This document shows, piece after piece, positions 48,888 to 57,407 of a DNA stretch of 64,000 nucleotides. The position numbers and the translations under genes are program-made. Each line of letters starts with the position of its first letter. Position 1 is the stretch's first letter. The notes under the pieces are model-generated. The model searched no databases and had not been told where the DNA came from. It saw only the letters and a list, made by a program, of their open reading frames with translations. The DNA is from Gammaproteobacteria bacterium (GTDB taxonomy: Bacteria; Pseudomonadota; Gammaproteobacteria; SZUA-229): assembly GCA_036567985.1 (NCBI GenBank), contig DATCTK010000044.1, forward strand, positions 14,062 to 78,061, read 5' to 3'.

Positions 48888-50864
48888 TTGATGATAAATA
48901 ACCCGGTAGCCGTTAACTCAGCTTGTTCCCGTTCAAAATTTTCACACATGCACAACTGGCTGCAAAGTCATCAATGCGGGCGACTTTTCTATCACATTAT
49001 TATGCTGGTACTGTTGTGTGGATTTCATCCACTGTTACAGGCATCGTCATTACCCGATGGTCTGCTGGAGCATGCGCAGCAACAACAGTTGTGGCAACAC
49101 AAAACATGGCATGATCTATTGCATTATGAAACCGAAAAAAGTTCACCCAGCGGATATTTAAGCCAGGTGGATGATGTGCGGTTTTTTACTGCCGCAGACG
49201 GTAAACAGAACCCGCAGGCCGAGTTGCAGCACACACTGCAGGCATTTTATCTGCCGCCTTCGGATAATACGCAGCATGCGCAATGCCGCTTTATTGCACG
49301 CTTTAACTGGCTCAAACAGCAACTGACAGAAAGGTTGGTAAATCTGCCACAGGTGGAGTGCAGGCAATACAATGAGTGGCGATCTTTTGTGGCAGATGAC
49401 CAGGTCACACTGGTGTTTCCGGCCTATCACCTGAACAGCCCCTCGTCCATGTTCGGTCATACCCTGTTACGGCTTGATGCGGCGGATGACAAAAACAGTT
49501 CCGACTGGTTGTCAGTGGCGGTTAATTTCGGTGCCGATGTCAGCCATGATGACAACTCACTGTTTTATGCCTTTAAAGGCCTGAGCGGCGGTTATCCCGG
49601 TTTTTTTATCGTTGAGCCCTATTTCAAAAAAATTCAGGAGTACAACCAGAAGGAAAAGCGAGATATCTGGGAGTACCCGTTAAACCTGACCCCACAGGAA
49701 ACCCGCCGTATGGTAGAGCATCTGTGGGAGTTAAAGGAAATGGAGTTCGATTATTATTTTTTTGACGAAAACTGCTCCTATCGCTTGCTGGAATTACTGG
49801 AAGTCGCGCGGCCGGGCATTGACCTGACCAGTGAATACGGCTTTTCCGTGATTCCGGTGGATACGATTCGCGGTATCAAGGCGGCGGGACTGATTGATGA
49901 TGCGCATTATCGACCCTCGCAGGTGACCACCCTGGAAAACCTGTTAAGGCAGATTAAGCTTGAGCATCGCCATTATGTAAATGCTTTGTCTATTGATGCC
50001 AGTGGCATCGATACAGCGGCATTCAAGGCGATTGATGCCGAGCAGCAAAAACTGATTCTGCAAACCGCCTATAAATACCTGCGCTACAAAAAAACCGATG
50101 AGGCGAGAGATGCGCAGTCAGCCGCGACCAGCTATCGCCTGTTAACTGCTCTTAGTCAGTCAGCGGCGGCGGATATTGCAGATGCACCGCCTGTGCCTTC
50201 ACAGCCCGAGCACGGGCATTATTCCAAACGGCTTAATCTGAAATTCGGTCGCGAAGACGAACAGAACTATATTGAGGCCGGTGTGCGCATGGCCTTTCAC
50301 AGCCTGCAGGATAACGTGCAGGGGTTTCTTCCCGGTGCACAGATTAATATGGGCAGTCTGCAGATCAGGGTCACAGAAGATGACTCGGTTAAACTGCAGC
50401 GCCTTGATGTGGTGGATATATTCTCGTTGACACCACGTACCGAGTTATTCGATCCGCTGTCCTGGAAAATACTTACCGGACTGGAGCGCCAGCTAATGGA
50501 TGGTCAGCGGCGACTGCTGACCCATGTCACGGGTGGTGTCGGGGTGGCCTATCAGCCGCTGGACAGATCATTAATGTACGGGCTGCTTACGCTGCGGCTG
50601 GAGCGCAACCGGGCTTTTGAACGAACTATCGAGGCGGCCTGGGGTGTGGACAGCGGTTTTCTCTATCATTTTTCCAGTGGCACCACGCGACTGGGGCTGA
50701 GCGGTGAGGAGTTTGCAAATGATTACTATCGCCACCGTGCCGAGCTGGGGCATAACCATGTGCTGAGCCAGAACCACGGCCTGCGCTTTAGTCTACGGCG
50801 TGAACGCCAGCCACAGCAGTCTTATTCTGAATTCAGTATCGCCTATCAGTATTTTTTCTTCTAG
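48888..50864 (+). CDS. DUF4105-domain protein with a C-terminal beta-barrel-like region (ends YQYFFF)
   Basis: 658-aa ORF. The true start is possibly an internal Met ahead of the signal peptide (HIIMLVLLCGFHPLLQASS). Confidence 0.55.
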   Translation: MMINNPVAVNSACSRSKFSHMHNWLQSHQCGRLFYHIIMLVLLCGFHPLLQASSLPDGLLEHAQQQQLWQHKTWHDLLHYETEKSSPSGYLSQVDDVRFFTAADGKQNPQAELQHTLQAFYLPPSDNTQHAQCRFIARFNWLKQQLTERLVNLPQVECRQYNEWRSFVADDQVTLVFPAYHLNSPSSMFGHTLLRLDAADDKNSSDWLSVAVNFGADVSHDDNSLFYAFKGLSGGYPGFFIVEPYFKKIQEYNQKEKRDIWEYPLNLTPQETRRMVEHLWELKEMEFDYYFFDENCSYRLLELLEVARPGIDLTSEYGFSVIPVDTIRGIKAAGLIDDAHYRPSQVTTLENLLRQIKLEHRHYVNALSIDASGIDTAAFKAIDAEQQKLILQTAYKYLRYKKTDEARDAQSAATSYRLLTALSQSAAADIADAPPVPSQPEHGHYSKRLNLKFGREDEQNYIEAGVRMAFHSLQDNVQGFLPGAQINMGSLQIRVTEDDSVKLQRLDVVDIFSLTPRTELFDPLSWKILTGLERQLMDGQRRLLTHVTGGVGVAYQPLDRSLMYGLLTLRLERNRAFERTIEAAWGVDSGFLYHFSSGTTRLGLSGEEFANDYYRHRAELGHNHVLSQNHGLRFSLRRERQPQQSYSEFSIAYQYFFF

Positions 50865-50998
50865 CTGGGCGTTATACTGCAATGTATAACTGAGTATTTT
50901 TGCGACGGATCATCCGGCGGGCTTTTCGGGCTAATTAAACCGATTGTCTGCACAGGCAAATAAATTGTCCCGCAGGCAGAAGTTTTCAAAGCATCTTA

Positions 50999-51240
50999 GG
51001 AAGCTCTGAATAATTCATCCATGAATCATTCGTCTGGAACGAATGATCGCACTAGCTCCGAAGGGGTGAGTCTCATGGATGAGACGAACAATGATCAGAG
51101 CAAAAACAAATTAAAATGCGATTTTTATTTGTTTTTCATTTTCAATAACTTAGCAGTTATTGCCATGTTAGTTTAGTCATGGGGCGGCACATCCATGTGC
51201 CGCGGAACCTCTGAGAAACTCAGAGGTTCCCTAAATCAGT
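50999..51240 (-). mobile_element. MITE-like, hairpin-rich repeat element, copy 2 (~242 bp, inverted relative to copy 1, with a ~70-bp internal insertion)
   Basis: The reverse complement aligns with 1563-1738. The extra segment at about 51023-51095 itself contains two more perfect palindromes. Confidence 0.6.
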
Positions 51241-51323
51241 GCAGTATGTTGTAGCGCTGTGAGTTTCTGCTTCGGTGACTCGTATGGCTGTAATTATGTA
51301 ACAAAATTGAGTGGGAATTAATA

Positions 51324-51635
51324 ATGGCAGAACCTTATAGATATGTCGGTATAAACAATGAGCCCCATGGTGCCATGACACCGATTTGCAAAATCATTCG
51401 TGATGCCTGGGTGTTTGGCCTGCTGGATGAATCTGAAACCTGTGAAGGCTGGAATCTTGCGGGTATAGATGCACTGAAGCATAAGGTAAATGATGAGTGG
51501 GATAAATATGGCTGTATTGTCAGTAATCTGCCTGCAGACCTGTTTGAACGCCATCAGCGAATTTATGCCGAAGCGATCAAAAATGCACGTGAAGCAGGCT
51601 GGTCTGGTGAAGCCGAACTGGAAGACGATAAATAG
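51324..51635 (+). CDS. Small hypothetical protein (103 aa)
   Basis: ORF only. Confidence 0.4.
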   Translation: MAEPYRYVGINNEPHGAMTPICKIIRDAWVFGLLDESETCEGWNLAGIDALKHKVNDEWDKYGCIVSNLPADLFERHQRIYAEAIKNAREAGWSGEAELEDDK

Positions 51636-51764
51636 GCAGGTTGAGTCTGCCTGCACTGCTTAGCCAATCACGCTTATTAAGCAGAATCGATAACACTATT
51701 TTTCCGGAATCGGAAACGGCAGTGGACCCACAAGCCTGCATAATTAAACAGGAACCCTGCTACT

Positions 51765-52160
51765 AAGTCGTAGCTGATGAAGTTGAGCTTTATACGGCGG
51801 AATACCATTCAGGCATGCCAATGATGCTGAGGGCTCTACCGGCTGTGGTAAGTCGCGCTTTGTTGAATACATGGCGTTACACTGGGGCGTTTCCTGCTGG
51901 ATAGCGATGGTACCCGGTGGCAGGGGCCCATTGGCGACCGCGGCGCGTATCGGCGCTATCTGTTACCTTGACGAAGTGGTTGAGGCCCGTCAGGATACCA
52001 CGGTGATTATACACCCGTTGACAGACCATCGACGCACCCTGCCACTGGATAAAAACTGGATAAAAAAGGTGAGCTGATTGAAGCGCACCCCGACTTCCAG
52101 CTGGTGATTTCCTGTAACCCCGGCTACCAGAGCCTGATGAAAGACCTCAAGCAGTAGACA
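51765..52160 (+). pseudogene. Decayed CbbQ/NorQ/NirQ-family MoxR AAA+ ATPase gene (internal deletion, frameshifts and premature stop)
   Basis: Three pieces can be read in different frames: [17 protein letters not shown]; [12 protein letters not shown] / [43 protein letters not shown]; and [29 protein letters not shown]. In frame 1 a stop occurs immediately after SCWIAM (in the deleted middle region), and a frameshift precedes the final piece; the protein ends after about 130 of roughly 270 residues. Confidence 0.65.
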
Positions 52161-52295
52161 CCTTTTTTGCCTGACGACGGGCTTATGCAGCCAGCCACAA
52201 TGCATTAAAATAGCCGGGCATTGGCAAAAAATAAATAATTGGCCAGGTCTGAAGCCCTGGTTTCTAATCAAGATTAAGAGATAGTAAGCGCCACC

Positions 52296-53024
52296 TTGGA
52301 TGCCCCGCACACCCTCACGTCCGTCCTGCTTATCGGGCTGCTCAGCAGTCTGCATTGTCTGGGTATGTGTGGTGGCATTATGGGTGCGCTCAGCCTGAGC
52401 CTGCCCGCTGAGATTCGCAATAACCGTTTACGTAGCGGGCTGTATATCGGTGCCTATAATCTGGGGCGTATCAGCAGCTACGCGATGGCTGGCGCGCTGG
52501 CCGGCGCCTTTGGGGTGGAAATCCTCAATGGCCTGGGGCTGGAGCAGGGCAGTGCCCACCAGCTACTGCGTATTGCCAGTGTGGTTTTTATTGTAGCGAT
52601 CGGCCTGTATCTGGGGGGCTGGTTTCCGCAGCTGATTCGCCTGGAAAAGCTGGGGCAGCCGGTGTGGAAAAAAATTCAGCCGCTGGCGCATCGCTTGATG
52701 CCCATCAAAACGCCGTCACAGGCATTGTTATACGGTATGCTCTGGGGCTGGCTGCCCTGCGGTCTGGTGTATGTGGTGTTACTGATGAGTATTACCGCAG
52801 GCTCGGCGCTGCAGGGGGCACTGATGATGGCGGCTTTCGGACTGGGTACCCTGCCTTCTATGCTGTCAGCCGGGGTGATGCTGGGCTGGGTCAGAAAGCT
52901 GGCGCAATCAACCCGCGCGCGACAGCTGGTGGCCATAACGCTGATTGTGATGGCACTGGCCAGCCTGTACCTGGGCGACCTGTATTTCGCCGCAGAGGCG
53001 GAACATGGGCATCACCATCACTAA
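52296..53024 (+). CDS. DsbD_2-like polytopic membrane protein (HCxxMCGG motif) with a C-terminal His-rich tail (EHGHHHH)
   Basis: 242 aa and multi-TM. The SLHCLGMCGG motif is present. The histidine tail suggests metal binding or transport. Confidence 0.5.
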   Translation: MDAPHTLTSVLLIGLLSSLHCLGMCGGIMGALSLSLPAEIRNNRLRSGLYIGAYNLGRISSYAMAGALAGAFGVEILNGLGLEQGSAHQLLRIASVVFIVAIGLYLGGWFPQLIRLEKLGQPVWKKIQPLAHRLMPIKTPSQALLYGMLWGWLPCGLVYVVLLMSITAGSALQGALMMAAFGLGTLPSMLSAGVMLGWVRKLAQSTRARQLVAITLIVMALASLYLGDLYFAAEAEHGHHHH

Positions 53025-53152
53025 TGACCCGCTAACGGGTGATCGGGGAACAGTCCGTTACCGACTGTATAGATTGAATAACTCGGCAGCTAAGCTCGGC
53101 TTGAAGCAGTGACTGCCGGTATAACCTGTAAGAAAACTTTACGGAAGGTCTT

Positions 53153-54115
53153 ATGGCTAAGGCGCATTTCTCAGAACTGATTGGTCAGTCGGCTGCATTG
53201 CAGCAGTTACTGAATACCGCCGCCCTGCTGGCGGTAACGGATGTGACGGTGCTAATAGAAGGGGCTACCGGCACCGGCAAGGAACTGCTGGCGCGGGCAT
53301 TGCACCAGTCCAGCCCGCGCAGCCAGCGTGATTTTGTTGCAGTGAACTGTGCCTCCTTGCCGGAAGGTCTGGTTGAGTCACAGCTGTTTGGTCACCGCAA
53401 AGGCGCCTTTACCGGTGCGGACCAGGACCATAAAGGCTTTGTGCAGCAGGCGGAAGGCGGCACACTGTTTCTGGATGAAGTGGGCGAGCTGTCACTGGCG
53501 GCGCAGGCGCGGCTGTTACGTTTTATCGAATACGGCGAATGCCAGCGTGTGGGAGACAGTCAACCGGGTAAAAGCAATGTGCGTATCCTTGCCGCCACTA
53601 ACCGCAACCTGCAACAGCAGGTGCAATCCGGCGAGTTCAGGGAAGACCTGTATTTTCGCCTCAAGGTGGTTCCCCTCGAGCTGCCCACGCTGGCGCAACG
53701 CAGAGACGACGTGCCGCTACTGGCACAGCATTTTATCCAGCAGATTGCAGCGCAGTATGATCTGCCTGCTGCAAGACTCAGTCGCGACGCGATAAAACGT
53801 CTGCAGGCTTATAGCTGGCCGGGCAATGTGCGTGAATTGCGTAATCTGTGTGAGTCGCTGGTGGTGTTACTACAGGGAAAAACCATTGACGCCAGTAATC
53901 TGCCGACACATATCAGCGCGGATTCACTGCCTCATGCCGGGGCCCATGCCGGCTTTAAATTGCCCGCCAGTGGTATCAGGCTGGATGAACTGGAAGTGGA
54001 TTTACTGCAACAGGCGCTGCAGGCCAGCGCCGGTAATAAATCACGCGCCGCGCGCCTGCTGGGTATTAGTCGGGATGTGTTTCTGTATCGCCTGAAAAAG
54101 TACGCCATTGCCTGA
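53153..54115 (+). CDS. Sigma-54-dependent transcriptional activator (AAA+ sigma-54 interaction domain plus Fis-type HTH, no N-terminal sensor domain; PspF-like)
   Basis: GAFTGA motif, Walker A GATGTGKE, and a C-terminal HTH. Confidence 0.85.
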   Translation: MAKAHFSELIGQSAALQQLLNTAALLAVTDVTVLIEGATGTGKELLARALHQSSPRSQRDFVAVNCASLPEGLVESQLFGHRKGAFTGADQDHKGFVQQAEGGTLFLDEVGELSLAAQARLLRFIEYGECQRVGDSQPGKSNVRILAATNRNLQQQVQSGEFREDLYFRLKVVPLELPTLAQRRDDVPLLAQHFIQQIAAQYDLPAARLSRDAIKRLQAYSWPGNVRELRNLCESLVVLLQGKTIDASNLPTHISADSLPHAGAHAGFKLPASGIRLDELEVDLLQQALQASAGNKSRAARLLGISRDVFLYRLKKYAIA

Positions 54116-54269
54116 GCGGGTATTATACTGGCCTGGAAAAAAACCGTAGGTTGGGGTAAGGCACGCACCCCAACATAACCCACTGAATATTCCTGTGGCG
54201 TTGGGGTTCCTGCGTCACCCCAACCTACTGCTACATCACTCACGCGGGATTCAGTACGTTTGACCCGGC

Positions 54270-54680
54270 CTAACCGCGCTTTTTTGCGCGGTGGCTGAAA
54301 TTCTGTATATCGCAGACAATTTCGTTGAAGGGAAAATCATCCACCCTACCATAGCGTTGCTCCGCCAGCTGTATCAGCTGCAGTACATCGGGTACGCTGC
54401 AATCCTCACTTTCCTCCAGTATGCGCTGCATACCCTGCAGGCCGCCGCATCGGATTTTCATTAACTGCATATGGGTTAGTTCACTGTCGGCGTGGCTAAG
54501 GCCCAGTACAAAACGGGACTTTTCCCGGAAAGTATCCACCAGTGCATAGCAACCAGCCAGGTGTTCATGGGCCTGCAGGCAGGTCATTTTTCCCGCGCAG
54601 CGCTCATCCAGGTTGGCATGCTGGCACTGGCACCAGTTGCCGATAATCGGTTTGGAAAACGGGCATAGGGTTTTTTTCAT
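54270..54680 (-). CDS. Cysteine-rich hypothetical protein (136 aa)
   Basis: ORF containing several cysteines, some as CxC pairs. No family recognised. Confidence 0.35.
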   Translation of the reverse strand: MKKTLCPFSKPIIGNWCQCQHANLDERCAGKMTCLQAHEHLAGCYALVDTFREKSRFVLGLSHADSELTHMQLMKIRCGGLQGMQRILEESEDCSVPDVLQLIQLAEQRYGRVDDFPFNEIVCDIQNFSHRAKKRG

Positions 54681-54872
54681 GGGCTGACTTTGTTCATGCT
54701 TCTATTTGCCGGCGTTTCTGCTTAACGGCGCCTGCTGATTTATACAGTAATATAAACAGTATAGCGTAAGCGTGCCTCGCGGATTAAGTCAATCACAGCT
54801 GGCTGTTGCTCTCTATTCAACTGCAATATTGCTGTGTTACCCTTATTCGACACTTTTTTCGGATAATGGATT

Positions 54873-55727
54873 ATGCAGAAAAAATGCCTTTCCCTTTGTG
54901 CCTGTTGTTTAGGTTTTATTCTGATGACAGGCAGTCTGCCATGCCTGGCATCATCCCCGTTAATGTTGGCAACTGTTTATCCGCAGGATGTTGCTGATTT
55001 TCCCGTAGAAGATTACTGGGTTAGTGAAAAACTTGATGGTGTGCGTGCCCGTTGGGATGGGCAGCAACTATTGTCAAAAAACGGCTATAAGTTCGCGGCA
55101 CCTGCATGGTTTACCGAGCAGTTTCCTGAGGTGGTAATGGAGGGTGAGTTATGGATGCAGCGTCAATCCTACGAAAAAATTTCATCCATTACCAGCCAGC
55201 ACACACCACATAATGGCTGGGCTAAAATAAAACTGATGCTGTTTGATCTGCCTGAACAGGGCGGAACATTCAGTGAACGGGTCAGTGCCATGCAGCAACT
55301 GGTTGCAAATATTAATAGCGATTATCTGGGAATGATTCCGCAGTTTCGGCTGGCGAACCAGCAACAGTTGATGCAGCGACTGAATCAGGTGGTTAAGGCG
55401 GGTGGTGAGGGACTGATGTTGCATCACCAGGCTGCGCATTATGTGCATGGTCGCAGTGATGCCTTGCTGAAACTGAAACTGTACCAGGACGCAGACGCCA
55501 CAGTGATTGCCTACAAACCCGGCAAGGGAAAGTTCAGCGGCATGCTGGGTTCGATTAAGGTGCGAGATGATCAGGGGCGGGAATTTTATATTGGTAGCGG
55601 CTTTAGCCATCAGCAGCGCAAACACCCGCCAGTTTTACACAGCCGGATAACTTACCGCTATCAGGGACTGACCCGTCATGGTCTGCCACGCTTCCCGGTG
55701 TTTCTGCGAGTACGTACTGAAAAATAA
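54873..55727 (+). CDS. ligE: Periplasmic ATP-dependent DNA ligase (LigE type)
   Basis: 284 aa with a signal peptide. Motif I is KLDGVRA (KxDG). Size is typical of the minimal Neisseria/Haemophilus/Vibrio-type secreted ligases. Confidence 0.8.
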   Translation: MQKKCLSLCACCLGFILMTGSLPCLASSPLMLATVYPQDVADFPVEDYWVSEKLDGVRARWDGQQLLSKNGYKFAAPAWFTEQFPEVVMEGELWMQRQSYEKISSITSQHTPHNGWAKIKLMLFDLPEQGGTFSERVSAMQQLVANINSDYLGMIPQFRLANQQQLMQRLNQVVKAGGEGLMLHHQAAHYVHGRSDALLKLKLYQDADATVIAYKPGKGKFSGMLGSIKVRDDQGREFYIGSGFSHQQRKHPPVLHSRITYRYQGLTRHGLPRFPVFLRVRTEK

Positions 55728-55833
55728 TCAGGCTGTTCTCGTGGCAAAGCGTGTGCTGTCATAAAAAAGCCCGCACCGTGCTTCGTAAAGCGTGTACGGG
55801 CTCAGGCGATTGTAGTTGAACCGCTATGCCGGC

Positions 55834-56535
55834 TTATTCGAACATAAACTGCATTTTGACACCGGCCACTTCGATGACATCCCCGTGCTTTAATTCCTGT
55901 GCACTGGTACCGATTTCCATATCATTGACTCTGGGTCGACTGCTGTTATCGCCGCCGTCGATATGTATCAGGAAATAGCCGGTAGGGCGTCGGGTAATGG
56001 CGGCAACCTGTACGCCGGGTTTGCCCAGTGTGGTCAGTACCTTGGTTAAGGGCAGTTCCTTGCCACTATTGGTGCCACTGGTAATCTTTATCAGCGCCTT
56101 CTGCTGACTGCCGGAGGTGCCGGAGGAGGCAATCTCCGCAGCCAGCTTATTCACCGACTGATTAACCGCCGCGCTGCCTTCGGTTTCCTGCAGGCCATCC
56201 GATGCGGGATTAATGATCATGGTGTGTTCAAAGCTGCCGTTACCGACACCGTCATTGATAAATTTAATATCATGTTTGCCGACCTTGATAACGTCATTGT
56301 TCGACAGCTGCTGCTTTTTAATCAGTGAGCCATTCAGGTAGGTGCCATTGGTGCTGTTGGTATCTTCGATAAAGGAGTCATTCATTACGGTGACAATGCG
56401 TGCATGGTGTCCACTGACAGCCAGGTTGTCCAGATGAATATCGCAATCACTTTTGCGGCCAATGGTCATAGTGTCCTTGGTGATATCCATTTCATCTATT
56501 ACCTCACCATGGAATAAAATTTGTAGTTTAGCCAT
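55834..56535 (-). CDS. Tandem FHA-domain protein
   Basis: Two FHA cores (TIGRKSDCDIHL...NGTYLNG, and a C-terminal GDVIEVAGVKMQF). Confidence 0.75.
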   Translation of the reverse strand: MAKLQILFHGEVIDEMDITKDTMTIGRKSDCDIHLDNLAVSGHHARIVTVMNDSFIEDTNSTNGTYLNGSLIKKQQLSNNDVIKVGKHDIKFINDGVGNGSFEHTMIINPASDGLQETEGSAAVNQSVNKLAAEIASSGTSGSQQKALIKITSGTNSGKELPLTKVLTTLGKPGVQVAAITRRPTGYFLIHIDGGDNSSRPRVNDMEIGTSAQELKHGDVIEVAGVKMQFMFE

Positions 56536-56582
56536 TTTTCTACCTGTTAATTATGTCTGTTTAATTTTGCGAATTCGTGTGT

Positions 56583-57407
56583 TCAGGATAACAAGTTAAA
56601 GATCCGGGAATACCAGGCGGAGTTGGCCGGATATTCTTTGAGTACCTGGGCGAGCATTACCGATACATTGTCCTTGCCGCCATGGTCTTTGGCCTGTTTG
56701 ATTAATTCCTGGTTCATTTTTTCCAGATCGTTTTTATAGTTGAGCTGAATGTCTTCTATCAGGTCGTCGCTGATCATATCGGTAAGACCATCGGAGCACA
56801 GCAGATACAGATCATTCTGCAGCGCAATGTCTTCCAGCAGGTCAATTTCTACCGTCGGGCTTACTCCTACGGCGCGGGTCACCAGGTTCTTGTTCAGCGA
56901 CTCACGCGCCTCCTTGCGCGTATAAAAGCCCCGATCCACCAGTTCCTGTAATAGCGTGTGGTCGCGGGTCAGTTGCTCCAGCAGTGTGTCACGCAGCCGA
57001 TACAGACGTGAATCGCCAACGTGGGCAACTGTGATGCGATTATCATAAAACAGCAACACCACAATGGTGGTGCCCATGCCTTCATACTGTGAATTATCCT
57101 GCGCGGTGTGGTAAATATGGGAATTTGCATTTTTAATCGCGCTTTCAACCGCCATGCTTTCCAGGCTGTAGCCGGTAGTGTCATCGGTTTTTCCACTGGC
57201 AATCTCCGGTAACACCTTGCGCAGTTCCTGCAGTATCGAATCTACCGCAATTGCGCTGGCAACTTCACCACCCTTGTGGCCGCCCATGCCGTCGGCCAGT
57301 ACCAGCAGCCCCAGATCCGCATCACTGCCGATGGTATCTTCATTGTTGCTGCGTACCAGGCCGGTGTCGGTAATGCCGCTGATGCTGATTTTATCTGCCA
57401 GACTCAT
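56583..57407 (-). CDS. PP2C-family Ser/Thr protein phosphatase (Stp-like)
   Basis: DGMGGH motif and the metal-binding Asp residues. The stop overlaps the kinase gene start. Confidence 0.85.
   Translation of the reverse strand: MSLADKISISGITDTGLVRSNNEDTIGSDADLGLLVLADGMGGHKGGEVASAIAVDSILQELRKVLPEIASGKTDDTTGYSLESMAVESAIKNANSHIYHTAQDNSQYEGMGTTIVVLLFYDNRITVAHVGDSRLYRLRDTLLEQLTRDHTLLQELVDRGFYTRKEARESLNKNLVTRAVGVSPTVEIDLLEDIALQNDLYLLCSDGLTDMISDDLIEDIQLNYKNDLEKMNQELIKQAKDHGGKDNVSVMLAQVLKEYPANSAWYSRIFNLLS

Noticed and set aside
51871-52077. 68-aa ORF called as a gene
   Set aside because: It is a frame-limited fragment of the decayed CbbQ/NorQ-like AAA+ gene and is annotated as part of the pseudogene instead.
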